Of a DNA stretch of 64,000 nt, positions 19,266 through 29,529 are shown in pieces. How positions within the stretch are numbered: the stretch's first letter is position 1; the number at the start of each line of letters is the position of its first letter. Source of the DNA: an uncultured delta proteobacterium. Its GTDB lineage: Bacteria; Desulfobacterota; Binatia; UBA9968. Location of the stretch: the NCBI GenBank assembly GCA_963804165.1, contig CAWDPO010000024.1, positions 1 through 64,000 on the forward strand. Reading direction: 5' to 3'. The translations under genes and the position numbers were made by a program. Below the pieces are notes generated by a model. The model searched no databases. It was not told the DNA's origin and saw only the letters and a program-made list of their open reading frames with translations.

Positions 19266-20678
19266 ATGCGCGTATGCAAAGAACATTTGTTCCTCTTGTT
19301 GGTAGTTACAGGGACTTTCGGATGCGCTTCGACCGAGCGGTTGTCTCAACGCGCCGCTACACCTCCGGCGCAAATTCCGCAGAAATCCGATCTCGAAAAT
19401 AATTTTCCTCAGCCGACGGCCGAATTACTGCCGCCGGATTCGTCCGCGGTTGCCGCCAGCACCGCGCCGATTGATCCAGAGCCAACGCCTACCGCAGCCG
19501 CCGCCGAGGCCAAGCTGCCTGCCTTGACGCCAGTTGAACAAAAACCGGAACGTCCAACTATTCGCGAGAAAATTCCGCAACCCGCCGGTGCAGCGCCGTC
19601 ATCGGCACAACCCGAGCGGGCGCTGCGAGCAGACAATCGCCTGCTTGAATTGTTGGACAAAGATTTGGACAAAGCCGTCGAGCAACCCAAGGAGCACCGG
19701 CGGTTGCGATTTTCAAAAGAAGTCATCGACAACCCTAAGGTGAAGCATTTTGTAGGCTACTATTCCACCACGGGGAAGAGTCGTTTTCAGGAACTGCTGG
19801 GCCGCGCCGGAAAATACATGCCGATGATCGCCAAGGTGCTGAGCCAGGAGGGCTTGCCGGAGGAACTCGGTTATCTGGCGTTACTTGAAAGTGAGTTCGT
19901 CGTCAACACGACCTCGCGAAATGGCGCGGTGGGGTTGTGGCAATTCGTCACCGGCACGGCCCTGCGCTACGGATTGCGAATCGACCAGTGGGTCGACGAA
20001 CGGCGCGATCCGGTGAAGTCGACTCGGGCCGCAGCGGCGTATCTCAAAGACCTGCACGACCGCTACGGCCGCTGGTATCTCGCAACCGCGGCGTATAACG
20101 CCGGACCGGGAACCATCGACAAAGCATTACAGCAGAGCGGCGCGAGGGATTTCTGGAGCATCAAAGCAAAAGCGCAGCTCAGCGATGAAACACGCAACTT
20201 CGTGCCGAAGTTCGTAGCGATAGCCCTGATTGCGATGGATCCAAAGAAATACGGCTTGGATAACGTCGTCTATGAAAAGCCCTTGGATTATGAAGAAGTC
20301 GAACTCAAGGCTCCCATGAAGCTCGCGGCTCTCGCGCAGTCGACGGAAACTGATGTTCCGAGCCTACGGAATCTAAACCCGTCGCTGCTGCGCGACTCGA
20401 CACCGCCCGGTGAGGCGGGTTTTCGGGTCAATCTCCCGGTAGAGAAAGCCGCGGTGTTTCTCGCAAAATCCAATGAAAAAACACTCGAGAAAGATGTCGA
20501 ACCGGCGCCCGTTGTCATGCACGAAGTGAAAAAGGGCGAGACGCTTTTCTCCATCGCCCGCCGTTACGGCCTCGAAGTGAGCGCACTAATGGATTTCAAC
20601 GGCCTAACCAACTCGCGAGTGCTGATCGGCCAGAAGCTGAGAATCCTGCTGCAAGGTTTGCGAGGAGTGCTGCGCTGA
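19266..20678 (+). CDS. mltD: MltD-like lytic murein transglycosylase lipoprotein with C-terminal LysM
   Basis: Lipobox-like TFGC; LALLESEF, GAVGLWQF, DERRDPVKSTRAAA, AAYNAG, ETRNFVPK; LysM HEVKKGETLFSIARRYG. Confidence 0.85.
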   Translation: MRVCKEHLFLLLVVTGTFGCASTERLSQRAATPPAQIPQKSDLENNFPQPTAELLPPDSSAVAASTAPIDPEPTPTAAAAEAKLPALTPVEQKPERPTIREKIPQPAGAAPSSAQPERALRADNRLLELLDKDLDKAVEQPKEHRRLRFSKEVIDNPKVKHFVGYYSTTGKSRFQELLGRAGKYMPMIAKVLSQEGLPEELGYLALLESEFVVNTTSRNGAVGLWQFVTGTALRYGLRIDQWVDERRDPVKSTRAAAAYLKDLHDRYGRWYLATAAYNAGPGTIDKALQQSGARDFWSIKAKAQLSDETRNFVPKFVAIALIAMDPKKYGLDNVVYEKPLDYEEVELKAPMKLAALAQSTETDVPSLRNLNPSLLRDSTPPGEAGFRVNLPVEKAAVFLAKSNEKTLEKDVEPAPVVMHEVKKGETLFSIARRYGLEVSALMDFNGLTNSRVLIGQKLRILLQGLRGVLR

Positions 20679-20685
20679 GTCTCTC

Positions 20686-21972
20686 TTACGATCGCTTGTC
20701 CATCGCGACGTAATCGCGTATTTCCGCGCCCAGATAAACCTGCTTCGGACGGGCCAATTTCTGGTCCGGGTCGGTCAACATCTCATCCCATTGAGCGATC
20801 CAGCCAGAGGTCCGCGGAATCGCGAAAAGCACCGGAAACATATCCATCGGCAATCCCATCGACTGATAAATCAGCCCGGAATAAAAATCGACGTTGGGAT
20901 AGAGCTTGCGCTTGATGAAATAGTCATCGGACAGAGCGATCCGTTCGAGCTCTAAGGCGATATCGAGCAATGGATTGCGCCCTTTAATTTCGAAAACCTG
21001 GTCGGCGACCTGCTTGATGATTTTCGCGCGCGGATCGTAGTTCTTGTAAACGCGGTGGCCGAAGCCCATCAGCCGGCCCTCCCCGCCTTTCACCTTTTTA
21101 ATAAACTCAGGAACCTTGTCTTTAGAGCCGATTCCCATGAGCATCCTGAGCACAGCTTCATTGGCACCGCCGTGCAGTGGTCCATACAGCGCGGCCGCCG
21201 CGGCGGCGACGGCGGAATAGGGATCCACCTGCGAGCTTCCAACCCCGCGCATCGCGTTGGTGCTGCAGTTCTGCTCGTGATCGGCATGCAAGATAAAAAG
21301 AATATCGAGGGCACGCTCGAGCACAGGATTCGGCTTGTACTTGAGCTCCGTCATCTTGAAAAGCATGTTGAGAAAGTTACCGGTATAACTCAGATCATTG
21401 TCCGGATAAGAGTAGGGCAAGCCTAGACTATGGCGATAGGCGAACGCCGCCAGCGTCGGCATCTTGCTGATTAATCGGTAGGTTTGATCATGGCGCGACT
21501 TGACATCGAAAATCTTCTTGGCCTCGGGATAGAACGTCGACAGCGCGCCTACGGTGCTGAGCAAGATTCCCATGGGATGGGCGTCATGGTGAAAACCGTC
21601 GATCAGCTTTTTAATATTCTCATGAATGATCGAATGATACGTGATGTTGTGCGTCCACTCTTCAAGCTGTGATTTATTCGGCAGCTCACCGTAGAGGATT
21701 AGATAAGCGGTCTCTAAATAGGTGCTTTTTTCGGCGATCTGCTCGATCGGATAGCCGCGGTAGCGAAGGATCCCTTTGTCCCCGTCGATGTACGTAATCT
21801 TGCTCTGGCACGAAGCGGTATTCATGAAGCCCGGATCGTAACTAACGATACCCTCATCCTCGTTGACCCTGATCTGGAAAAGATCCGTCGCCTTAATGGC
21901 GCCGTTCTTTATCGGAATCTCGTACTGTTTACCAGTTCGATTGTCGGTTATCGTCAGTGTCTCTGAGGCCAT
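20686..21972 (-). CDS. gltA: Citrate synthase
   Basis: YDPGFMNTA, LHADHEQNCST, GPLHGGANE, MGFGHRVYK, YPNVDFYSG. Confidence 0.97.
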   Translation of the reverse strand: MASETLTITDNRTGKQYEIPIKNGAIKATDLFQIRVNEDEGIVSYDPGFMNTASCQSKITYIDGDKGILRYRGYPIEQIAEKSTYLETAYLILYGELPNKSQLEEWTHNITYHSIIHENIKKLIDGFHHDAHPMGILLSTVGALSTFYPEAKKIFDVKSRHDQTYRLISKMPTLAAFAYRHSLGLPYSYPDNDLSYTGNFLNMLFKMTELKYKPNPVLERALDILFILHADHEQNCSTNAMRGVGSSQVDPYSAVAAAAAALYGPLHGGANEAVLRMLMGIGSKDKVPEFIKKVKGGEGRLMGFGHRVYKNYDPRAKIIKQVADQVFEIKGRNPLLDIALELERIALSDDYFIKRKLYPNVDFYSGLIYQSMGLPMDMFPVLFAIPRTSGWIAQWDEMLTDPDQKLARPKQVYLGAEIRDYVAMDKRS

Positions 21973-22060
21973 GGGTTCTACCTTTCAATTCTCCCGTTCA
22001 CGCCTGTTTTTCCTTTTAGACCATCCCTATGCGTCGGTCAACTGCGCGTCAGATTCTCGG

Positions 22061-22507
22061 TTACGTTAGCATCCAATCGATGCTCCATCGACCACCGACT
22101 CTGCGGCAGCAAATCATCGTTGCCGGTAGAAATTCGACGACGGTGCGATGCGGGTCACCATGGACCAATAAACCCGCCAAGCGATTTAGATAAGGCAAAT
22201 GGCCGACCAGCAAAATTGATTGTTGGGCGCTGTCAAGCTCCGCCGCAACAAGCGCCGGATCGTCTTCCGGCAATAAACCGGCGTGCGGTTCTACACCCAG
22301 CGGGGGCAGGAGCACCTTGGCTAATATCTCTGCTGTCTGTTTCGCCCGCAGAATCCCCGAGTGGTAGATCACAGCGACTTGGACCCCGCGATCGAGCGCT
22401 AAACGGGCGATCCCTTCAACGCCTTGGCACCCGTTCCGAGAGAGCGGACGCTCAGGGTTTTCCGCTGCGGAGACGGCCTCTCCGTGCCGAACCAAATACA
22501 CAGTCAT
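22061..22507 (-). CDS. sixA: Phosphohistidine phosphatase SixA
   Basis: YLVRHGEA, SGILRAKQTA, LVGHLP. Confidence 0.88.
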   Translation of the reverse strand: MTVYLVRHGEAVSAAENPERPLSRNGCQGVEGIARLALDRGVQVAVIYHSGILRAKQTAEILAKVLLPPLGVEPHAGLLPEDDPALVAAELDSAQQSILLVGHLPYLNRLAGLLVHGDPHRTVVEFLPATMICCRRVGGRWSIDWMLT

Positions 22508-22708
22508 AATTGGCTAAGTGCTGGCTCCGGGTCATCGGAGGCCGGCCGTGAAATCTGCGGCTGATGGCGTTGCCGCGAGCGCGAGTCGTCGGTGACCGCT
22601 AACGATCAAGCGTCCACTTCGTTTCGTCGTGGTTGCAAAAAACAGTTGTTCATATAGTATGCCGATCAGCAATTTGCAATCCAGTCATGCGTCGCACGTT
22701 CGGTAACC

Positions 22709-23437
22709 GTGATCGAGTTTCGCAAGGTCAATAAGTGGTTTGGCTCGCTTCACGTCCTAAACGACGTCGACCTCACCATCGAAGTCGGCAGAGTGGTTGT
22801 TGTCTGCGGCCCAAGCGGCAGCGGTAAGAGCACCCTGATCCGCTGCGTCAATCGGCTCGAAACGATTCAATCCGGTGATATCATCGTGGACGGCTTGTCG
22901 CTGTCCGATGCGAAGCTGGACACCGTTAAGTTGCGCACCGAAGTCGGCATGGTCTTCCAGTCATTCAATCTTTACCCGCATATGACGGTGCTGCGAAATA
23001 TCACGCTGGCGCCGGTCAAGGTGAAAGGCGTGTCTGCGGCGCAAGCGGAAAAAATCGCCGCCGAGCTATTGGAGCGCGTGGGGATTCCCGACAAAGCTCA
23101 GGCTTATCCGGCCAATCTATCGGGAGGTCAGCAGCAGCGCGTCGCCATCGCCCGCGCTCTGGCGATGAAGCCTAAAATCATGTTATTCGACGAGCCGACA
23201 TCGGCGCTCGATCCGGAGATGATCAACGAAGTCCTGGAGGTCATGACTGATCTTGCGCGCGACGGCATGACGATGGTCGTGGTGACGCATGAAATGGGTT
23301 TTGCCCGGCGTGTGGCGCACCGGGTCGTATTTATGGACCAGGGATGCATCGTCGAAGCCAACGAACCGGAAAAATTCTTCGCCACTCCAGAATCGCCCCG
23401 CGCCCAGCAATTCTTAAGCAAGATTCTTTCACATTGA
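22709..23437 (+). CDS. Polar amino acid ABC transporter ATP-binding protein (GltL/GlnQ-like)
   Basis: [43 protein letters not shown]. Confidence 0.95.
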   Translation: MIEFRKVNKWFGSLHVLNDVDLTIEVGRVVVVCGPSGSGKSTLIRCVNRLETIQSGDIIVDGLSLSDAKLDTVKLRTEVGMVFQSFNLYPHMTVLRNITLAPVKVKGVSAAQAEKIAAELLERVGIPDKAQAYPANLSGGQQQRVAIARALAMKPKIMLFDEPTSALDPEMINEVLEVMTDLARDGMTMVVVTHEMGFARRVAHRVVFMDQGCIVEANEPEKFFATPESPRAQQFLSKILSH

Positions 23438-23447
23438 GGAGAACGAC

Positions 23448-24305
23448 ATGAAACGAAGATTTTGCTTCTGGCTTATCGGTTTGTTTGGTATCTGGACAGC
23501 TGATTTCTGCCGCGCCGAAACGACGCTCGAAAAGATCGACAAGAGCGGGACGTTGATCATCGGCACGCGCACCGGCTCGCCTCCCTTCGCCTACGTCAAC
23601 AAGAATAATGAGTGGGTCGGCTTTTCCATCGACCTTGTCGAGAAGGCGATCCTGCCGGTGCTTAACAAAAAGCTCAACAAGCAAATCAAATTGGAAAAAA
23701 AGGAGTCTGCGCCGCAGACGCGCATCCCGCTGCTCCAATCCAACGCCGTCGATCTAATCGCCGAGACCATGACCGACACCCAATCGCGCCGTGACAACGT
23801 CGATTTCAGCCTCACCTTCTTCGTCACCGGGGCTCAGTTTCTGGTTAAGAAAGGCAGTCCGGTAAAAGGCATCCAAACGATAGCGGGTAGACGAATCGCC
23901 GCACAGCAAGGCTCGACCAACGCCAAAATCATTCGAGAGCGCGCGCCGAACGCAAAGCTTCTCGAATTTCCCGATCAGCCCGCGGCGTTCCAGGCTTTGG
24001 CGCAAGGACAAGTTCAGGCCTACACGAACGACGGTATTCAGCTCGCCGGCTTGAAGGCCAAGGCGCCCAAGCCGGATGACTGGGCCGTGGTCGGGGAATT
24101 TTTTTCCTATGAGCCTTACGGGATAGCGATGCGCAAGAACGATTCCGACTTTCGCCAAGTCGTCAACGTCGGCTTGATGGACGCCATCGCCGCAAATCTT
24201 TACTTTGAAATCTACGACAAGTGGTTCGGCCCCAAGGGCGAAGTGCCCTATCCGTTGTTGCCTGAGACCAAGCGCTTCCTGCAGATGCAAATCGTTCCAA
24301 AGTAA
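23448..24305 (+). CDS. Amino acid ABC substrate-binding protein (GltI-like, family 3)
   Basis: SPPFAY, RIPLLQ, VDFS, EPYGIAMRKND, YDKWFG. Confidence 0.9.
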   Translation: MKRRFCFWLIGLFGIWTADFCRAETTLEKIDKSGTLIIGTRTGSPPFAYVNKNNEWVGFSIDLVEKAILPVLNKKLNKQIKLEKKESAPQTRIPLLQSNAVDLIAETMTDTQSRRDNVDFSLTFFVTGAQFLVKKGSPVKGIQTIAGRRIAAQQGSTNAKIIRERAPNAKLLEFPDQPAAFQALAQGQVQAYTNDGIQLAGLKAKAPKPDDWAVVGEFFSYEPYGIAMRKNDSDFRQVVNVGLMDAIAANLYFEIYDKWFGPKGEVPYPLLPETKRFLQMQIVPK

Positions 24306-24326
24306 GGCACGGCATGCCGTGCCCTT
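24302..24326. repeat. GTAG-class REP-like palindrome after the SBP stop
   Basis: Perfect 18-bp palindrome GGCACGGCATGCCGTGCC (24306-24323) preceded by GTAA. Confidence 0.7.
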
Positions 24327-24367
24327 CAACTCACCCGCCATTTAGTGCCGGTGGGTTGCGCCTTTGA

Positions 24368-25093
24368 ATGATTGACCAATTGAACTGGAGCGTTCTATGG
24401 AGCGGCCAGACCGGCGGCTGGCTTCTTAACGGCGTTCTGACCACTCTCGAAATTTCTTCCCTCAGCTGGTTGTTCGCACTCACACTGGGAGTCCTGGCTG
24501 GCGCGCTGCGGACCACGCCTCTGCCGCTGTTACGTTGGCTCGCTTCGGCCTATGTTGAATTCTTCCGCAACGTGCCGCTGCTCGTCTGGATGTTTTTTTG
24601 GTATTTCGGCATGCCCCAGCTGCTGCCGCAAGCGCTACAGGATTGGCTGCTGGACCACGGCGCGGAATTTTGGGCCGCCGTGTGCGCCTTGGGCGTTTAT
24701 CATGGTGCGCGTTTTTCCGAAGTGATTCGTTCCGGTATTCAATCGATTCCAAAGACACAATTTGAAGCCGCGCTATCCACTGGACTCACGGTGTGGCAAG
24801 CCTATCGCTTGATCATCGTCCCCGTCGCGCTCCGCCTGATCATCCCGCCGGTAACAAATGAAACGCTAAATCTAATAAAAAACTCATCGGTCGCCCTAAC
24901 AATCGGCGTCGCTGAATTGACTTTCCAAACCCGTCAAATCGAAACCTACACGGCCAAAGCATTCGAAGCGCTGGCCGCGGGAACGGTCATTTATCTCATG
25001 CTCTGCCTCGCCATCTCCAGTTTGATGGCAGTGGTCGAACGGCGCGTAGCGATTCCCGGCATGATCGCGCAACGCAATGCCAGTGAGTTTTGA
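24368..25093 (+). CDS. Amino acid ABC permease (GltJ-like)
   Basis: YVEFFRNVPLLV, EVIRSGIQSIP..QFEAA, IKNSSVA. Confidence 0.93.
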   Translation: MIDQLNWSVLWSGQTGGWLLNGVLTTLEISSLSWLFALTLGVLAGALRTTPLPLLRWLASAYVEFFRNVPLLVWMFFWYFGMPQLLPQALQDWLLDHGAEFWAAVCALGVYHGARFSEVIRSGIQSIPKTQFEAALSTGLTVWQAYRLIIVPVALRLIIPPVTNETLNLIKNSSVALTIGVAELTFQTRQIETYTAKAFEALAAGTVIYLMLCLAISSLMAVVERRVAIPGMIAQRNASEF

Positions 25094-25770
25094 CGATGGA
25101 CTTTCAAGTCGTCTTCAATAACTTCGGCTTTCTGATCCTTCAAGGTTTTTTTGGCTTGGGGGCATTTGCCGGCGGTACTCTGCGTCTGGCGCTGCCGGCC
25201 ATTGTTCTCGGTTTCATTCTAGGCACGTTCATCGGACTGGCGCGTTTGGCGCGCTCGCGGTGGATCCATTGGCCTGCGTGGATTTACGTGGAATTCTTTC
25301 GCGGCGTGCCTCTGGTCATGGTGATTTTCTGGTTTTGGTTCATCATTCCCGCCCTCGCCGGCAAATCCCTACCGGAATATGCCGTGGCCTTAACGGCGTT
25401 CGTGATCTTCGAAGCCGCCTATCTGGCCGAGATCGTGCGCGCCGGAATTCAATCGGTTTCACGTGGCCAGGTCGAAGCCGCCACAGCTACTGGCCTCTCC
25501 CGTGCTGAACTGATGCGTCATGTCGTCTTGCCGCAAGCTTTGCGCAATATGATTCCCGCCCTCGTGACGCAATTTATCGTATTGCTGAAAGACACCTCCC
25601 TGGCATCCATCATCGGCTACGTCGATCTCACCAAGGCCGCGCAAATCGTCAATAATCGAGAAATCCGCCCGTTCGAATTATATCTCTTCATCGCCTTGGT
25701 CTATTGGCTCTGCAGTTACAGTATGTCCAGATATGCAAGCTCCATAGAGACTCGACTCGTACGACAATAG
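25090..25770 (+). CDS. Amino acid ABC permease (GltK-like)
   Basis: YVEFFRGVPLV, AEIVRAGIQSV..GQVEAA, LKDTSLASII. Confidence 0.93.
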   Translation: MTMDFQVVFNNFGFLILQGFFGLGAFAGGTLRLALPAIVLGFILGTFIGLARLARSRWIHWPAWIYVEFFRGVPLVMVIFWFWFIIPALAGKSLPEYAVALTAFVIFEAAYLAEIVRAGIQSVSRGQVEAATATGLSRAELMRHVVLPQALRNMIPALVTQFIVLLKDTSLASIIGYVDLTKAAQIVNNREIRPFELYLFIALVYWLCSYSMSRYASSIETRLVRQ

Positions 25771-25971
25771 GCCCGGCGTTTCAGGATCGTCATTCTTGAG
25801 CCGAAGCTGCGTTGGCGCGTTTCGTGCCAATGCAATAGAATGTCTATTTTTAGGCTCGATAAACGGATCGGTTGGGCAAGGAACCGGTCCATGATTGAGG
25901 TTTGAATGCCGTTGAATTCAATCCGATGATTGATCGATGACGGCCAAAGGTCCGAAGGTAAGGATATCTAC

Positions 25972-26928
25972 TTGAAGGCTGCAAAACTCTTAACCGCCGC
26001 GCTTCTTACTCTTATTGTTTGCATCGCTACACTCTACGGTGCCGACCGGGATCGATTCTATTGGCAGTACCGTTGTTGGCAACGCGCGGTCGCACTGTCG
26101 TCGTGTTTTCAACGCGGCCATTTTGATTTCGAAGCTGATCTAAACGGAGCACGGTATCAAGGCACCACCGGTAACTTTGTCGACAGGCATATTTTTTTTT
26201 ATGGCGCCTTCGAAAAACCGGTATTGTATTTCCTGCGGGATGTCATGAAATCGGCATACTCCAATCAAGGCGTTTTCTTGGACATTGGGGCTAATACAGG
26301 GCAACACTCACTTTTCATGTCGAAGTACGCAAAAGAAATTCACGCCTTCGAGCCTTGGGAGCCCGTCGTTAAACGGTTTCGGCGGATGGTGGAGATCAAT
26401 CACATCAAAAACGTTGTAATCCACCCTTTCGGATTAGGCGATGAGAATTCGAAGAAGCCTTTTTTCAAACCGCCCGACAACAATCTCGGAACGGGCTCCT
26501 TCGTCTCCGGTTTCAAGGAAAATAACTCCTATGAGGGAGAGCTAGAGATTCAGCGCGGCGACGAGGCGTTGGAGAAGACCCGTGTAACATCCGTAGCGCT
26601 CATTAAAATGGATATCGAGGGCTACGAAAAACCCGCGCTGAAAGGGTTACATCGAACCTTGCAAATCCACCGACCCATAGTCGAGTTTGAGATTAGCGTT
26701 GATCCTAAGAACGCAGTCAGTATCAAAAGCCAAGATGAGTTGGTCTCGCTCTTTCCGGAAAAATACGAATTCTTGGTTTTTTCCGAGGAGGGAAATCCGA
26801 TGACCGGCGCATACTCCTTGGAACCATCGACTGAACTTTTGCGCTTCGACATAAAACGACAATTCGATATGGTTGCCTATCCCATTGAGAGGAAAAATAG
26901 TATTCCGATAAAAGGGCCTCAGCCCTAG
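25972..26928 (+). CDS. FkbM family SAM-dependent methyltransferase with N-terminal membrane anchor (copy 1)
   Basis: FLDIGANTG, HAFEP, LIKMDIEGYE; TTG start at 25972 aligns with the start of copy 2. Confidence 0.88.
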   Translation: MKAAKLLTAALLTLIVCIATLYGADRDRFYWQYRCWQRAVALSSCFQRGHFDFEADLNGARYQGTTGNFVDRHIFFYGAFEKPVLYFLRDVMKSAYSNQGVFLDIGANTGQHSLFMSKYAKEIHAFEPWEPVVKRFRRMVEINHIKNVVIHPFGLGDENSKKPFFKPPDNNLGTGSFVSGFKENNSYEGELEIQRGDEALEKTRVTSVALIKMDIEGYEKPALKGLHRTLQIHRPIVEFEISVDPKNAVSIKSQDELVSLFPEKYEFLVFSEEGNPMTGAYSLEPSTELLRFDIKRQFDMVAYPIERKNSIPIKGPQP

Positions 26929-27155
26929 TGACGCAATTCATCGTATTGCTCAAAGACACCTCGCTGGCGTCGATCATCGGTTACGTCGATCTCACCAAGG
27001 CCGCGCAGATTGTGAATAACCGGGAAATCCGGCCTTTTGAGCTTTATGTGTTCATCGCGGTGATTTACTGGGTTTGCAGTTTCGCGATGTCACGTTATGC
27101 ATTGCATCTGCAGCGCCACGAAACCATAAAGTCCGGCAGCAATTGGCTCTTTTAA
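26922..27155 (+). pseudogene. Orphan duplicate of the 3' end of the GltK-like permease
   Basis: Encodes ALVTQFIVLLKDTSLASIIGYVDLTKAAQIVNNREIRPFELY, identical in protein to 25558 onward but with many synonymous changes. Confidence 0.85.
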
Positions 27156-27278
27156 CTCGCAGACAGACCTTGCCGAGATATACAACGCTCCGGTTAGGAA
27201 TTTCTCAGTTCGATTTTTTGCTTGTGGTCTTTAAAGTAACGATCAATAATTAACGACAATTGCATTAGGTCTCGCCCA

Positions 27279-28255
27279 ATGAAAGCGATACGACTAACCG
27301 CCGCGGGCGTTATCACCGTAATTGTTCTATGCGGATATTTGTATCTTACGGATCCGGCAGGTCTTCACCGAGTCTACCTGTGTTTCACTCAATCAAAATC
27401 AATCGCGACGTGCTATCGAGGCGGCAGCATCGACTTCGTTGCGAGCATCGATGGTATCCGTTACGAGGGCAATACCGGCAACGGGGTCGACAACGACATT
27501 TTCTATTACGGGGCTTACGAGAAACACATCCTGTATTTTCTTCGTGATGTAATGCGCACAGTGTACGGGAATCGCGGAACGTTCGTCGACGTGGGGGCAA
27601 ACACGGGACAGCATTCCCTCTTCGTTTCGCGCTTCGCCTCCGAAGTACACGCGTTCGAACCGTGGGAGCCTGTACTTGAAAGATTTCGGTGGATGGTCGA
27701 ATTCAATCATATTAAGAATATCGTGATCCATCCAGTTGCACTTGGCGACGAGAATTCCAGGAAACCGTTCTACAAACCATCAGAGAACAATTTGGGAACC
27801 GGATCATTTATCAACGGCTTCAATAAAAAAAATTCTTACGCCGGCGAATTCGAGATCCAGATTGGGGACGATGCCCTTAACAAAGCTGGAGCCAAAGCTG
27901 TGGCTCTCATCAAAATGGACATCGAAGGTTACGAGAAACTAGCACTAAAGGGATTGCGCCGAAGCCTGCGCAAAGACCGTCCGATCGTCGAGTTCGAACT
28001 GAGCGCCGATCCTAAGAGTCCTGTCAGCATTAAAAGCAAAGAAGAGCTAACGGCTCTCTTTCCAGAAAATTACGAATTTCTAGTCTTTGCTGAACCGGAC
28101 GATCCATCGACGGGAGCCATTCAGTGCCCATCGATGGAATTCTTCGATTCGATGTCGCGCAGCAACATGATATGATCGCGTTTCCGATCGAGAAGAAAAA
28201 ACACATTCCACTCAAGGGAACCTTGAATCTGAAATCGTTCGGGATGATCCGTTAG
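27279..28255 (+). CDS. FkbM family methyltransferase (copy 2); frameshift near 28120
   Basis: FVDVGANTG, HAFEP, LIKMDIEGYE; alternative frame ILRFDVAQQHDMIAFPIEKK matches the copy 1 C-terminus and stops at 28255. Confidence 0.85.
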
Positions 28256-28550
28256 GCCGGAGCATTCCATCAAGTTCGTCCTTTCGGTGACCTTTTATCT
28301 CCCTGATCCGTTGGCTGCAGCTATGGCATGTCTCGGTGCGCGCGTTATTGCGATTATCGGTAGAATCCAAGCCGATCGTGAATCTCGCGCGCGTCGACTT
28401 AACCAGCGCTTAACAATAATTGACCATCGGTTGAGTTGACCCTTTCGACACCTGTGCGCTACAGTTAATACACAGCCCCGCACGTTCACCACCAAGATTA
28501 GCGAATCGAATCCAAAAGCAATACTCAATACAATTTCTTCGCGAACAAAC

Positions 28551-29501
28551 ATGCTCTTCCTAAAAAACACGCCAATCAGTCAAATCCTTTCGATCAACGA
28601 GATGATCGACGCGATCGAGGATACGTTGAAAGAAATCGCCCTGGGCCGTGGCTTCGAGTTGCCGCGGCGCAGGATCCATCATCCGAACCGGATGATTTTC
28701 GGTCTCCTGCCCGGATCCGTACATGGCGCGATGGGCGCCTATCTTCAGACCGACCTGGACCGGCGGATTCACCACGAAACAGTGATCTTGTATAGCGTCG
28801 ATACGGGCTTGCCACTCATCCTGTTTCAGGACTGCGCCATCAACGAACACCGGACCGGCGCCGCAGGCGCCATAGGCGCCAAGTATTTAGCTCGCGCAAA
28901 CGCCAGTCGCGTGGCGCTATTCGGGAGCTCGATTCACGCGGAAAGCCAACTCAAAGCGGTCGCCGCCGTCAGAAGTTTGACGCAAGTGCGAGTATGCAGC
29001 CCGACACCGGAGCATCGCAACGTACTCGCAGACAAGCTGGGATCCGAGCTGAAAATCCCCGTGCAAGCCGTCTCGAGCCCTGAAGAAGCATTGGAAATCG
29101 CCGATATCGTCATTACCGCAACCGATTCCACGGCACCGGTTTTCGACGGCAACCAGTTGCGGACTGGCACCCATATTACGTCGATTGCCAACGGCGATAA
29201 GACCAGGATACGCCAGGAAATTGATGAAGCCACAATCCGCCGGGCCGACGCAATTTTTGTGACTTCGACGGAAACCGTGTGCGTCAACGAGAGCGATATC
29301 TTTCGCGCGGTCAGAGATCGGACGATTACATGGGAACGGGTTCATGAGATTTCCCACTTGCTGCTCGGCAGCGTTGCCGGTCGGACCCAGGATCGGCAAA
29401 TCACTCTTTTTAAACTCCAGGGGACTGGCATCATGGACGTCGCCATCGGCTTATGCGCCTACGAGAAGTTGAAGGACAGCAATCTGGCGCAGCGATTGTA
29501 A
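28551..29501 (+). CDS. Ornithine cyclodeaminase/mu-crystallin family protein
   Basis: RTGAAGAIGAKYLAR, ADIVITAT, GTHITSI, GRT...ITLFK..G.G..DVA. Confidence 0.88.
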   Translation: MLFLKNTPISQILSINEMIDAIEDTLKEIALGRGFELPRRRIHHPNRMIFGLLPGSVHGAMGAYLQTDLDRRIHHETVILYSVDTGLPLILFQDCAINEHRTGAAGAIGAKYLARANASRVALFGSSIHAESQLKAVAAVRSLTQVRVCSPTPEHRNVLADKLGSELKIPVQAVSSPEEALEIADIVITATDSTAPVFDGNQLRTGTHITSIANGDKTRIRQEIDEATIRRADAIFVTSTETVCVNESDIFRAVRDRTITWERVHEISHLLLGSVAGRTQDRQITLFKLQGTGIMDVAIGLCAYEKLKDSNLAQRL

Positions 29502-29529
29502 GCTTTCGAGAAAAGATTAGGATAAAAGC

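Noticed and set aside
26928-27155. 75-aa ORF as an independent small gene
   Set aside because: It is the displaced 3' end of the permease and lacks its own RBS.
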